From: Candidatus Baldrarchaeota archaeon
Lineage (GTDB): Archaea > Asgardarchaeota > Baldrarchaeia > Baldrarchaeales > DXJG01
Direction of reading: 5' to 3'
DNA: 32,000 nucleotides
Assembly: GCA_019056805.1 (NCBI GenBank)
Contig: DXJG01000009.1
Coordinates: 269,473-301,472, forward strand
The translations under genes and the position numbers were made by a program. Positions 7,497 to 17,809 of the stretch are shown here, in pieces. The first letter of the stretch is position 1. The number at the start of each line of letters is the position of its first letter. The notes under the pieces were generated by a model. The model made no database searches, was not told where the DNA came from, and saw only the letters and a program-made list of their open reading frames with translations.

Positions 7497-8468
7497 TTAA
7501 CCATGTGCTTTTCTAGATTTTTCTTTAAACCACTTTATAGTCCTTAACAACCCTTCCTTTAACTCTACCTTAGGTTTAAAACCTAAAACTTCCCTGGTTC
7601 TACTAATATCAGCGCAACTATATCTAATGTCCCCGGGACGGAGATCAGAATAAACAGGTTCAACATTAACACCTATCAACTCAATAAGAGTTTTAGCAAG
7701 CTCATTAATACTCGTACACCTACCACTACCAACATTAAAAACACCATCAACAGCATTCTTCGAAAACATAGCCAACATAGTAGCTTCAACAACATCTTCT
7801 ACAAAAACAAAATCCCTCACCTGATTACCATCACCAAAAATAACCGGAGGCTCACCCCTAAGTAACCTATTAATAAAAATAGAAATAACACCACTATAAG
7901 GACCATAAACCTGTCTAGGACCATAAACATTAAAATAACGCAGAACAACAGCCTCCAAACCATAAACACGATAAAAAACCCTACAATAAAACTCTCCAGC
8001 CAACTTAGAAACAGCATAAGGAGAAATAGGATCCAAAACATCATCTTCACACCTAGGAACACCGCGGCCCTCACCATAAACAGCACAAGAACCAGCAAAA
8101 ACAAAACGCCTAACACCCGCATCAACACAAGCTTTCAAAACATTCAAAGTACCACCAACATTAACATCCTCCACCAAAACAGGGTCCTCAACAGAAAGAG
8201 GAACACTAACCACAGCAGCCAAATGAAAAACAACATCAACCCCCTCAACCGCCTTCCTGACAACATCAAAATCTCTCACATCACCATGAATCAAAACAAA
8301 ATCATCACGACCTAAATGATGTTTTAAATTTTCCATTTTACCAGAAGAAAAATCATCTAAAACAATAATCTCAAAACCCTCAGAAACTAACCTATCAACC
8401 AAATGACTCCCAATAAACCCGGCACCACCAGTAACCAAAACCCTAACGCAACCACACAATTCCATCAC
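7497..8468 (-). CDS. NAD-dependent epimerase/dehydratase (extended SDR, GalE-like)
   Basis: VLVTGGAGFIGSHL, FHLAA, YAVSK (YxxxK), LRYFNVYGPRQ, GDGNQVRDFVFVEDVV, FNVGSG. Confidence 0.95.
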   Translation of the reverse strand: MMELCGCVRVLVTGGAGFIGSHLVDRLVSEGFEIIVLDDFSSGKMENLKHHLGRDDFVLIHGDVRDFDVVRKAVEGVDVVFHLAAVVSVPLSVEDPVLVEDVNVGGTLNVLKACVDAGVRRFVFAGSCAVYGEGRGVPRCEDDVLDPISPYAVSKLAGEFYCRVFYRVYGLEAVVLRYFNVYGPRQVYGPYSGVISIFINRLLRGEPPVIFGDGNQVRDFVFVEDVVEATMLAMFSKNAVDGVFNVGSGRCTSINELAKTLIELIGVNVEPVYSDLRPGDIRYSCADISRTREVLGFKPKVELKEGLLRTIKWFKEKSRKAHG

Positions 8469-8506
8469 TCTCTCTGTTGATGATCCCTTTTACTGAACAA
8501 GCGGCA

Positions 8507-8520
8507 TATATAAATGTTTT
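8507..8520 (-). promoter_or_regulatory. Candidate BRE/TATA for the epimerase gene
   Basis: The minus strand reads aaaaca-tttatata about 40 nt upstream of the start codon at 8468. Confidence 0.45.
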
Positions 8521-8799
8521 AAATTTCGCGTTCTAAGTGTCAATAAAACAAATTAAAAGTAAACTATTAGGGTTTTCTATTTCACTTCTTTCTTCTACTA
8601 GAAATAAAATCAGTTAAAATTTAACTATTTTTTTGAGTTCTAATAGTCGAAGGAAACCTAGATATGGCTCGACATTCTTTAAGACCATTTATAAAGTTGG
8701 TATTTTTCAATAAAAAAATAGGATAGATGATTGATGAATATTAAAAGAAATTTTCTCAGAATTTTGTTTAACTCAATGAACAGAAAAGTAAACTAGTAC

Positions 8800-9612
8800 T
8801 TACAATGCATCTTTAGATTTGAATGTTAATATTTCTAAGTAAAGGTCCCTTAATTTTTTTACAACTTGTTCCGGTTTATGATTATCAGGAAGTTCGTTTA
8901 GTATCTTCCCATCCCACTCTATTACTTTAAGACCACATGCTAGAGCTTCTAGTGCCGTTTTGCTCAAGTTTTTCAATAGATTTCCATTTTTATCTCTTCT
9001 AGTATCAATGTACCATGAGAATTCATTTAGAAATTTAGACATTTGTGAGTAGGGAATAGGATCACTGCTTCTATCGTGAATGGTTAGTTTTAGACCATAT
9101 TTCTCCGCATAGAATTCCGCAAGGTCTCTTGCATTATATTCTATGTATAATGCAGTATTATCGTTATGTAGTCTAAGGGGTTTGAAAAGATCAGTATCAA
9201 TGGGACTAGGGAGGTATATCGCATGCTTTGGTGCTCTCTCTAGAAGGTCTGGAGTTGAAACAAGTAGTAGATCTGCTTTACTCCAACGATTGCTTTTTTC
9301 TTTCCATAAGTTTCTAATATCAGTACCGTGATAATGAAGAACTACAGGTTTTTTCCGATATATTTTTTTAAGTAGAGGAACGATTTCATCGAGAGAATGA
9401 ACATGAATAATGTCATATTTTCTTGAAAGTAAAAGAATTTTGGCTTTAAATACCTTTGCTAACGTATTCCAAGTTTCGCCGTATATAGTAAGACCAAATT
9501 TGTCAAAGTTTTTTCTCGTAACTACCCATGTATCCCATCCAAAAAGCTTCTTCTGCCACTTAGCGAGTGTACTTGCAACACCAGCGGTATTCCATATGTG
9601 AAGGACTCTCAT
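8800..9612 (-). CDS. GT-B fold glycosyltransferase (GT4-like), short
   Basis: MRVLHI, YDIIHVH, VVLHYHGTDIR, KTALEALACGLKVI. Only 270 aa, with a reduced C-terminal domain. Confidence 0.75.
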   Translation of the reverse strand: MRVLHIWNTAGVASTLAKWQKKLFGWDTWVVTRKNFDKFGLTIYGETWNTLAKVFKAKILLLSRKYDIIHVHSLDEIVPLLKKIYRKKPVVLHYHGTDIRNLWKEKSNRWSKADLLLVSTPDLLERAPKHAIYLPSPIDTDLFKPLRLHNDNTALYIEYNARDLAEFYAEKYGLKLTIHDRSSDPIPYSQMSKFLNEFSWYIDTRRDKNGNLLKNLSKTALEALACGLKVIEWDGKILNELPDNHKPEQVVKKLRDLYLEILTFKSKDAL

Positions 9613-9960
9613 AACAATCCCAGGTTTTATTTTAGTGCGAATTTTTAAATTAAATGCCTCAACTTTTGAAGTTTGTTCTGATATTAGTTTGTTTCGCCAA
9701 ACATATTATTAACTTTATCCTCTTGATGCAATCTTTTGTTTTGTAAACATTAATGCTTGATTAGAACTTGTTGCGGCTATTCTCGGAATTCAAATGATAC
9801 AAGTAAGTTGCCAGTTAACAACCGAGGACCAAAATGTAGTTATCAATATGATTTCTCAGTTCTATATATATAAAAACCTTATTTTGTTGATGTGAGACCA
9901 TATAATAACATTAATTTACATCATTATCATTTTACAATTAAGTTTGTTAGGTAAGTATAT

Positions 9961-11052
9961 TTGGAGGATGTATTCTTGAGAGTTCTACATGTTAGTCATG
10001 AGGGATTACCCGATGTACGTGTAGAGAAGGAAGTTATTTCATTAACTAAAGTGGGTGTAAAATGTTATTTTGCAGGTAGCTATGTCCAAACCTCATCATT
10101 TGGTTACAATGTCTTTGAAAAGACATACAACCTACCTTTTAATAGAATGGCAAACATCGGACTTCAGCCATGGTGGTATAAACTAAGAAAAGCATTCAGT
10201 AAAGTGTTAGCAGAGTGTAAGCCAGATTTAATACATGCCCATAATGTAATTGCAGCCCGTCTTTCCATGGAATTTAACATTCCCTTTATTTATGATGATC
10301 ATGAATACTGGTCAAAAAGTAGTTGGAGTAGGATGGGGATAAAACCATCTCATATCTATCGCTCTATTGTATGGAGGAGGTGGGAAAGAGAGGTTTTACG
10401 TGAAGCAACAGCAGTTATAACTGTGAGTGACGAAATTGCTGAGGAACATAGATTATTTAATCGATGTGTTTGGGTTGTGCCTAATGTCCCACTTTGGAAC
10501 GAGGTCAAGGATATTATGAGGTTTGATAACGTTAGGAAGAGGCTTTCATCCGTGTATGTTGGTTCTCTCTCCAGACCTCAACCTCCATTTAGAGATGTGA
10601 AAGGCTTCCTTGAGTTATTCCTGAAAAATAACATCGGAGATTTAACTGTGATTGGAGATAAGAGACTCAGAACACGTCCCCCCATTTACTCACTAGGTTT
10701 TTTACGGCACGATACAATGATGAAAGAGTTAACAAAACATCATGTAGGTATAATTCCATGGAAAAGACACCCATTTCACAAATATTCTAATCCAAATAAG
10801 GCATACGAATATGCCCATGCAGGTCTCGTAGTAATAGTACCAGATGATTTGAAACCAGTTATTAGAGTCCTTCACCCCTTCTGTGAAACCTTTAAGGATT
10901 ATGATGAACTTGTCTCATTACTAAAATATTACATGAGTAATATAGGTGAAGCTATAGAGAAAGGAATAAAGACTATGCATCTTGTTCGTAAAACTTTTAT
11001 ATGGGAGAAGTTCGAAGAACGACTCTTTAAAATATATGATATAGCTTCATAG
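9961..11052 (+). CDS. GT4-like glycosyltransferase
   Basis: RVLHVS, KPDLIHAHN, IPFIYDDHEYW, VITVSDEIA, NPNKAYEYAHAGLVVI. Confidence 0.8.
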   Translation: MEDVFLRVLHVSHEGLPDVRVEKEVISLTKVGVKCYFAGSYVQTSSFGYNVFEKTYNLPFNRMANIGLQPWWYKLRKAFSKVLAECKPDLIHAHNVIAARLSMEFNIPFIYDDHEYWSKSSWSRMGIKPSHIYRSIVWRRWEREVLREATAVITVSDEIAEEHRLFNRCVWVVPNVPLWNEVKDIMRFDNVRKRLSSVYVGSLSRPQPPFRDVKGFLELFLKNNIGDLTVIGDKRLRTRPPIYSLGFLRHDTMMKELTKHHVGIIPWKRHPFHKYSNPNKAYEYAHAGLVVIVPDDLKPVIRVLHPFCETFKDYDELVSLLKYYMSNIGEAIEKGIKTMHLVRKTFIWEKFEERLFKIYDIAS

Positions 11053-11230
11053 GATGTTTGATTAGCGAAATAGCTAATAATAGCATAAAATTAAGTTAAT
11101 AAATAAAAGTTTCATCGTAACGGTGTTAAATACCTTTAACTTTAGTTAAGTTAATATGCGTGAATTCTTTTTGTAAAAATTCTAAGAATTATGTTTGTTG
11201 TATCGAAGATTTTGCCGAGAAAAGTAGAAG

Positions 11231-12064
11231 CTATAGGGCTAAGGTCCGTTCTATCATTTTGTAGAAGTCTGTGATTTTCTTTGGGGTGAAAACTGGTTTT
11301 ATATTTGTGCTGTAGAAGCTACGAGGTACATGCATTCCCCTTTTCATCCCATGATCAGATACTATAAGTATGAATGCTGAGTCATCCAACCTTTTTTTAA
11401 CTTCTCCCGCGAATTTATCCATTTCTTTATATATTTGAACAAGTTTTCGATATCTATTATAGTATAGGTGTCCAGCTACATCAGTTAGATAAACATGTGT
11501 CATCAATAGATCCCAGTTATCATTTAACCTTTTCAATACTATTTCTTTTTGTTTAAGAAAAATTTTTCTCCACTCATTAATTACCTTTTTTGTTAAAATA
11601 GGATTTCCAACGGCGTTAACAATTGAATATTTAAATTTTAGTTCTTCTGACTCTTTCCATTCATTGTACATAATTACGTTTATTGGCAGAGGATTTTTAG
11701 CTAGATCAAAAAAAGTGGGTAATTTTAAATCTTCACGCCTTGGAACTCTACGCTTTATTCCCATTAACTTTAAAAACGGCTCAAAGAGTTTTCCTATTCG
11801 TCTTATTGTGTAATATTTAACATTATGTTCAAAGAGAGTTCTTCTTATACCTTCTATGAATCTGTTACCTGTCGTCGTAAAAAAGTACATTTTGTGTTCC
11901 TCAGGTGGTTTCCCTGTGAGAAACGAGGACCATATCATTGGTGTGGCAACTTTAAAATAAGAAACATCGATGGTACCGTGGTAGTTTTGTAACAAGCTTT
12001 TAAGTTTTTCCTTTTGAACAATTTCTGCTTCCAGCCCATCAAACGCAAGTATAACAACCTTCAT
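11231..12064 (-). CDS. Alkaline-phosphatase-superfamily (type I phosphodiesterase/nucleotide pyrophosphatase-like) protein
   Basis: Metal and nucleophile motifs: MKVVILAFDGL, ATPMIWSSFLTG, TDVAGH, IVSDHG. Confidence 0.85.
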   Translation of the reverse strand: MKVVILAFDGLEAEIVQKEKLKSLLQNYHGTIDVSYFKVATPMIWSSFLTGKPPEEHKMYFFTTTGNRFIEGIRRTLFEHNVKYYTIRRIGKLFEPFLKLMGIKRRVPRREDLKLPTFFDLAKNPLPINVIMYNEWKESEELKFKYSIVNAVGNPILTKKVINEWRKIFLKQKEIVLKRLNDNWDLLMTHVYLTDVAGHLYYNRYRKLVQIYKEMDKFAGEVKKRLDDSAFILIVSDHGMKRGMHVPRSFYSTNIKPVFTPKKITDFYKMIERTLAL

Positions 12065-12304
12065 CGATTCTCCTCCGTGGTAATCATTACTACATCTCCG
12101 ATTTTTCTAGAGAAAAGGTAGATATTTTATGTTAAAGGTTACTGAAATAGTTATTAAAATTATTTATTTAACCTTAACCTAGAATATTTGAAAGTTAAGA
12201 ATAATTGTTTACCGAAGTAAAAACTTAGGTTGCATTGTTAACTTACTTGTAGGAAATAAAAGTTAAGTATATGTGGAACCAAACTAGAAAAGAATGCAGG
12301 AGGA

Positions 12305-13273
12305 TTGTATTTATTGGCTAATAAGATTGTTATTGTGGCTAGTGGCGGTGGACATACAGGATACGCTGTTGCGTTAGCTCAAAGACTTATGAATCGGGCT
12401 AAAATGATATTTATCGTACCTGAGGGTGACTTATGGACTAAATCTAAGGTTGAAATGTACGGATCCATTGTGTATGTGAGGAAAGCTAGGGGACCTAGGG
12501 ATAATCTCATTAAAGCGGTGCCTGGATTGATTAAAGCTGGAATAGAAAGTTTTCATATGGTGTCTAAAAATTACGATGCACTTGTAAGTAGTGGTAGCAA
12601 TCATAGTGTTCCACCAGCAATAGTTGGTAAATTAAAAGGGTTAAAGCTGATTAATATTGAAAGTAGTGTTAGGTTTACTAGACCGTCAATGAGTGCACGA
12701 TTTTTAGAACCTTTATCTGATCTTACAGCACTTCAATGGCCTGAACAAAAAAGGATACTTCCCAGTGGCAAATTAGTGGGACCTATATACGAGAAACCTC
12801 TTTATAAGCCGCATGATGAAGGTTACATATTAGTTACTGGAGGTACTTATGGACACAAAATTCTCTTTGATATAATCGATAAACTTGATCTAGATAGAAT
12901 TGTTCTTCAAACAGGTAGAATAAATCCTGAGCCTTATAAGAAAAAACATAAAGATTGGATTGTGTTTGATTTTGACCCTGATTTTGGTAAATGGATCGCA
13001 GGAGCATCGGTAGTAGTTTCTCATCTTGGAAAAACGGTTTTAGATGCTGCTCTTACTTATCAAAAACCAGTTATTATAGCTTTGAATCCTGAATGGAGAT
13101 ATACAGCAGGCCGGGAAGATGCGGCGATTCTAGCGAAAAAACTTAATGCGGTACTAGTTGAAGAAATAACTCGAAAAAATATACTTAATGCTTTAAAAGA
13201 AGCAGAAAAACATGTACCTCCAAAATATCCCGATGGGGCACAAAAACTTGCTAATGAAATTCTTAAGATATAA
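12305..13273 (+). CDS. Alg14-Alg13 fusion-type UDP-GlcNAc transferase (Agl24-like)
   Basis: N-terminal Alg14-like half with VASGGGHTG, SSGSNHSVP, NIESSVRF and LQWPEQ. C-terminal Alg13-like half with ILVTGGT, LQTGR and VVVSHLG. Confidence 0.75.
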   Translation: MYLLANKIVIVASGGGHTGYAVALAQRLMNRAKMIFIVPEGDLWTKSKVEMYGSIVYVRKARGPRDNLIKAVPGLIKAGIESFHMVSKNYDALVSSGSNHSVPPAIVGKLKGLKLINIESSVRFTRPSMSARFLEPLSDLTALQWPEQKRILPSGKLVGPIYEKPLYKPHDEGYILVTGGTYGHKILFDIIDKLDLDRIVLQTGRINPEPYKKKHKDWIVFDFDPDFGKWIAGASVVVSHLGKTVLDAALTYQKPVIIALNPEWRYTAGREDAAILAKKLNAVLVEEITRKNILNALKEAEKHVPPKYPDGAQKLANEILKI

Positions 13274-13274
13274 A

Positions 13275-14300
13275 TTACCCAAATTTCAAAAGATCTTCCA
13301 AGGCTTTTTCTATAACTGGTTCACAGTATTTTTCCCATGTAAGTTTTGGTGGGTTAGGTAGCTCTATTTCACCTCGTACAACTTTTGCTGTGATTTCGCC
13401 TAATTTATGAGGATCTACTACTAAGTAGTATTTTGATGGAGCTATTCCAGAAGCTATAACTGGTTTTCCAAAGAGAAAATACTCGGCTATTTTTTGTATT
13501 CCTTCATACGTATAGTATCTTCTATATGGGTTAGGTACGGGGTTTCGAGGTACTATTCCTATATCAGAGGCAGCCAAGTAGTTAGGTATTTCTTTGTATT
13601 GAACCCAACCGAACCATTTAACGGTTTTTGGGTATTTTTTAATGATTTTTTCAACTATGGTGTTTTCTGGACCATCGCCGACTATCCATAGTTCAGCATT
13701 TTCTTTATGTAGGGCTTTAGCTACTTGAGGTAGGAGATTTGCCCCTTCAACTATGCTAAGTTTACCTATGAATAATACTATTTTTTTCGATGGCAATATA
13801 TTTTGTTCCTCTCTTATGTTTCTGTTTACGTAATTAAGCAAGTTGGCATCTGGGTAGTTGGGTAATATGTAAACTGGTTTTTTGAATTTTCTTGCATCCT
13901 TAGCAAGTTCTTTGGAGACACATATTATTGATGATGCATATTTCATGACTAATCTTTCAATAATCTCTGTTAACTTATAGTATACTCTATTGTTGGTTTC
14001 CGTATAAACTTCAAGGGCCCAAGGGCTTCTTCTATCATAAATATACTTTTTTCGTAGTAGTATTAGTGGAATGTAAATTATATCTGGTATATTTTCAATC
14101 CAAAAAAGGTCTGCTTTACATATTGCTATAGAAAACATTGATACAAGATATCTAATGACTGCTCTCAGAAGTCTGTTACGTATTTTTACTTGGGGTGCTG
14201 CCCATAGTCTAACATTGTGACCCTTTTTAACTAGGGTCTTGGCTATTTTTACTGCTCTAGGGTGCTTCCAAGCTTCCATAGAAGCTACAACTATCTTCAT
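13275..14300 (-). CDS. GT4-like glycosyltransferase
   Basis: YIYDRRSPW, IICVSKEL, VLFIGKL, LWIVGDGP, YLAASDIGIVP, KIAEYFLFGKPVI. Confidence 0.88.
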   Translation of the reverse strand: MKIVVASMEAWKHPRAVKIAKTLVKKGHNVRLWAAPQVKIRNRLLRAVIRYLVSMFSIAICKADLFWIENIPDIIYIPLILLRKKYIYDRRSPWALEVYTETNNRVYYKLTEIIERLVMKYASSIICVSKELAKDARKFKKPVYILPNYPDANLLNYVNRNIREEQNILPSKKIVLFIGKLSIVEGANLLPQVAKALHKENAELWIVGDGPENTIVEKIIKKYPKTVKWFGWVQYKEIPNYLAASDIGIVPRNPVPNPYRRYYTYEGIQKIAEYFLFGKPVIASGIAPSKYYLVVDPHKLGEITAKVVRGEIELPNPPKLTWEKYCEPVIEKALEDLLKFG

Positions 14301-14302
14301 AA

Positions 14303-14608
14303 CTATTCATCACCAAGATTTGGAAGTTTTTTTAGTTTAAATATCACTGTACCTCCACTTGTGTAGGGTGGCCCAGGGTCTGGACACTGTACGTATCCTT
14401 CGTCATCTTTTGATCCTATGCCTAGTTTTTTAGCGGAATATCCTCTTGCTAATGCTTGTAGAAAAGTCTGTATTGCTATGAACGCGTGCACACATACCTT
14501 GGTTTCTGGTTTTACTACGAGTTTGGGCATTTCAACTAAGAAACTATCACCTACCTCGTACACTGGACATTTTCCTCGCACTTCCACTATCTCTACCCGT
14601 ATTCTCAC
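14303..14608 (-). CDS. TIGR04076-family small Cys-containing protein
   Basis: RGKCPVYEVGDSF, CVHA, VQCPDPG, GGTVIFKL. Sits 2 bp from both neighbours. Confidence 0.8.
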   Translation of the reverse strand: MRIRVEIVEVRGKCPVYEVGDSFLVEMPKLVVKPETKVCVHAFIAIQTFLQALARGYSAKKLGIGSKDDEGYVQCPDPGPPYTSGGTVIFKLKKLPNLGDE

Positions 14609-14610
14609 TT

Positions 14611-15717
14611 TTACTCAACTCCAATTTGTTCAAGAAACTTCTTAGTTATGTTCGTTATTCTTTGTGATGCTTTTCCATCACCATAGAGAGTTACTGCATT
14701 GACAGGTTCAGGTTTATTGTCTAAAAATTTCCTTATACCATTTAGGATTTTTTCTTTGTTACAGTTCGTGATTATGTTCCAGCCGCATTTGACAGTTTCA
14801 ATCCACTCTGTTGTTCTTCTCATGGTCACTACAGGTGTGCCAAGAACAAATGCTTCTTTTTGGAGACCACCACTATCAGTTAAAACTATAGCTGCATCCT
14901 TTGCCAATTTAAGACTCTCAAAGTAGCTTAAAGGTTTAATAAGATACACATCTTGATGTTCAGTGAGTTTTTCTAGTAAATTGTATTCTGATAATCTTTT
15001 CTTTGTTCTAGGGTGTAAGGGAAGGACAACTTTAAGACCATACTTTTCAGGTATGAGTCTAAGTGCTTCAACTATTTCCTTAAGTTTTTCAGGATAATCT
15101 ACATTTTCAGCTCTATGGGTTGTCGTGTAGATGTAGTTGTTGGATTCAACCTCTACTGGTAACTCTGTTTTATCTATTTTATTCTTATACTGGATTATGT
15201 TGTCAATCATAACGTCTCCCGTTAGATATGCACGATTTTTGTCTATTCCTTCGTGAAGTAAATTTTGGTAGGCGGTTTCTGTGGGGGCGAAGAGTAGACT
15301 GCTCATATGATCCACTAGGACACGATTAATTTCCTCAGCCATGAAAGGTAATCTAGATCTGAGGCCAGCTTCAACGTGAAATACGTGGATGCCTAATTTA
15401 ACAGCTGCTAATGCACCAGCTAACGCGCTATTAGTATCACCAGGTACAATGACAACTTTGGGTTTAATTTCGAAATAAGCTTTTTCAAGTCTCTCAAGCA
15501 TTAAACCAGTTTGTTCACCATGACTACCGCTACCAACGCCAAGATGCATAATAGGTTCTGGTAAATTAAGTTCTTCAAAAAATACACGATCCATTTCATA
15601 ATCGTAGTGCTGACCAGTATGAATTATTTGAAACTTTAAATCTTCATCTTTAAACGTTTTCACAAGTACAGCCAATTTAATGAATTGCGGCCTAGTACCA
15701 ACTACTATAGTGATCAA
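14611..15717 (-). CDS. wecB: UDP-N-acetylglucosamine 2-epimerase (non-hydrolysing)
   Basis: VGTRPQFIK, HTGQHYD, VPGDTNSALAGAL, HVEAGLRS, EEINR, HRAEN, TDSGGLQKEA, TEW, YGDGKAS. Confidence 0.95.
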   Translation of the reverse strand: MITIVVGTRPQFIKLAVLVKTFKDEDLKFQIIHTGQHYDYEMDRVFFEELNLPEPIMHLGVGSGSHGEQTGLMLERLEKAYFEIKPKVVIVPGDTNSALAGALAAVKLGIHVFHVEAGLRSRLPFMAEEINRVLVDHMSSLLFAPTETAYQNLLHEGIDKNRAYLTGDVMIDNIIQYKNKIDKTELPVEVESNNYIYTTTHRAENVDYPEKLKEIVEALRLIPEKYGLKVVLPLHPRTKKRLSEYNLLEKLTEHQDVYLIKPLSYFESLKLAKDAAIVLTDSGGLQKEAFVLGTPVVTMRRTTEWIETVKCGWNIITNCNKEKILNGIRKFLDNKPEPVNAVTLYGDGKASQRITNITKKFLEQIGVE

Positions 15718-16074
15718 CGTTAACGCCTCGGGTCATAACGGCTTTATATGTAAATTTAAATATTTCCAGACATATTCCTATTTAATCTGTTCAATAAATA
15801 TAAATAATTAAAGCTACACTTGCTAGTTTTTAAGTTCGTTGTTCGATGAATTAAATAATTTTGTCAGTATGCTTATTTTTGGTTCCAAAAAATAACTTTT
15901 ATATGATACTGTTATCAAAGAACAAAGCTAAACAGATACTAGTTCATATAGTTTTATATCTAAAAATACAATAATAAGAGGTTCGATGTCACAGTACAAA
16001 CAAAATAAAATATATATTGTCACTTCTATCTATCGGAAAAGATTTCACTAAAAATATATAGTTGTGGACACGGT

Positions 16075-17685
16075 TTGGTGATAGTCTTGGATGATGAAAT
16101 TTTAAAGAGTGCAAAGATAACAGTGAGAAGTGGAGCGTTTTTGACCGTGGGCCGTATAATTTCTACGTTAATATCTTTTACAACAATGATTTTTGTCATT
16201 AGACTTCTAGGTGAAGAACAATATGGACTTTACGGATTAGTACTTGTTCCAATTTCTATGATTATGCTTTTTCGTGATTGGGGAATCCCCCCAGCATTAA
16301 CAAAATACGTTGCATGGTTTAAGACAAGAAATCGTATTTATGAAATTAAAAAACTTATTATTTTATCTCTTTTTTTCACCACTTCTATCGGTATAATATT
16401 AACTATTATTACATCCACTTTAGCCACGTCAATTGCTGTATTTTATCGAAAACCTGAAGTTGCTCCATTAATTAGAATTGTATCCTTAGTTCTGCTTGCG
16501 GGAGCAATTTACAATGTTGCCTGGAACGTATTTTTAGGATTTGAGGATACAAAATATAACGCAGCTATGCTAGTAATCAATGCTATTATGAAGGGCGGTC
16601 TTGCACTTGTTTTAGTCTTGTTGGGTTATGGTGTTTTAGGAGCAATCATAGGTTATGTAATAGGTTTCTTTGCTTCTGCAATACTTGGAATACTCTTTAT
16701 TCCTGGAGAAATTTCAAAATACAGAGGAAACAAAAGCAACAAAACCCCTACGTTGAATCAAGATTTAGGTTGGTGGGATGTACTAAGGGTTCTTTTGGGT
16801 TTCGGTTTTCCATTGGCAGTTGCGAGTATAATTGCTGGTTTTGGTAAGCAATTTTATAGTTTTATAGCTGGTAGATATTGTAGCAAATGGGATTTTGGTA
16901 ATTACAGTGCTGCAACTACTTTGTTAACTCCGTTACCCATTTTAGCCATGCCCATTTCAACCGTATTGTTTCCGGCGTATTCCAAAATTAATGGCGTAAA
17001 AGAACGTAAACTTCTTGACTCCGCGTTCAGATTAGCTGTAAAATATGTCTCATTGTTAATAGTTCCAGTAGCCGCACTTATTATGGGGCTTTCAGAACCT
17101 TTAAAGGAGGTGCTTTTTGGTAAAAGTTTCCCTGATGCTTCATTTTACTTAGTGCTTTTAGCAGCTGTATATTTATATACCACAATTGGTTATCTTAACC
17201 TTGGTCCGTTATTGTCAGGGCAGGGATATACGAAAACTGTAATGATCGCCAACTTATTAGGACTATTGGTGGGTATTCCGGTAAGTTTTTTGGTTATACC
17301 TTTGTTAGGTATTGTTGGTTTGATTTTAACGAATATTGTGGTGGCAAGCATATTAACAGCGTTTTTCCTTGTTTTTATTAAAAAGAAATTGGGAATTACT
17401 GTTGAGTGGGAATGTTCTATTAAAATTTTGTTAGCTGGTTGTCTTAGTGGTTTTGTTGCATATTTTTTGCGGATGTGGATTAACGGTCATCCCATTGTTG
17501 AGTTGCTGATTGGAGGATTCGTGGGTCTTGGTGTATATATTTTCATTGTTCTGATTACTCGTGCTTTAACTATGGAGGATATTCGTAATCTTAAAGTTAT
17601 TTTTGGTAGTATTCACCCTCTTAAACGTGTTTTGAAACCACATGCAAGGAAAATAGAGGAAATTTTAAAGAAAATACTTGAATAA
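16075..17685 (+). CDS. Oligosaccharide flippase (Wzx/MOP superfamily)
   Basis: About 14 hydrophobic segments, RLLGEEQYGLYGL, GIPPALTKYVA, FGNYSAA, ISTVLFPAYSK. Confidence 0.88.
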   Translation: MVIVLDDEILKSAKITVRSGAFLTVGRIISTLISFTTMIFVIRLLGEEQYGLYGLVLVPISMIMLFRDWGIPPALTKYVAWFKTRNRIYEIKKLIILSLFFTTSIGIILTIITSTLATSIAVFYRKPEVAPLIRIVSLVLLAGAIYNVAWNVFLGFEDTKYNAAMLVINAIMKGGLALVLVLLGYGVLGAIIGYVIGFFASAILGILFIPGEISKYRGNKSNKTPTLNQDLGWWDVLRVLLGFGFPLAVASIIAGFGKQFYSFIAGRYCSKWDFGNYSAATTLLTPLPILAMPISTVLFPAYSKINGVKERKLLDSAFRLAVKYVSLLIVPVAALIMGLSEPLKEVLFGKSFPDASFYLVLLAAVYLYTTIGYLNLGPLLSGQGYTKTVMIANLLGLLVGIPVSFLVIPLLGIVGLILTNIVVASILTAFFLVFIKKKLGITVEWECSIKILLAGCLSGFVAYFLRMWINGHPIVELLIGGFVGLGVYIFIVLITRALTMEDIRNLKVIFGSIHPLKRVLKPHARKIEEILKKILE

Positions 17686-17809
17686 TAGTTATAAGATATA
17701 AATTTATCAACAATGTGAAAAACCATAAGTTTAATTTAGTTTCAAATTTGCTACTCACCCTAAAAATATTACAATATCAAGAAATTGCTCAATTTCACTT
17801 CAAATATTA

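Noticed and set aside
11061-11078. Hairpin attagc-gaaata-gctaat between convergent genes
   Set aside because: A 6-bp AT-rich stem is expected by chance, and archaeal termination does not need hairpins.
15873-15895. Near-perfect inverted repeat ttatttttgg-tt-ccaaaaaataa between divergent wecB and flippase genes
   Set aside because: It could be an operator, but it is made mostly of A/T runs, occurs once, and there is no regulator gene nearby.
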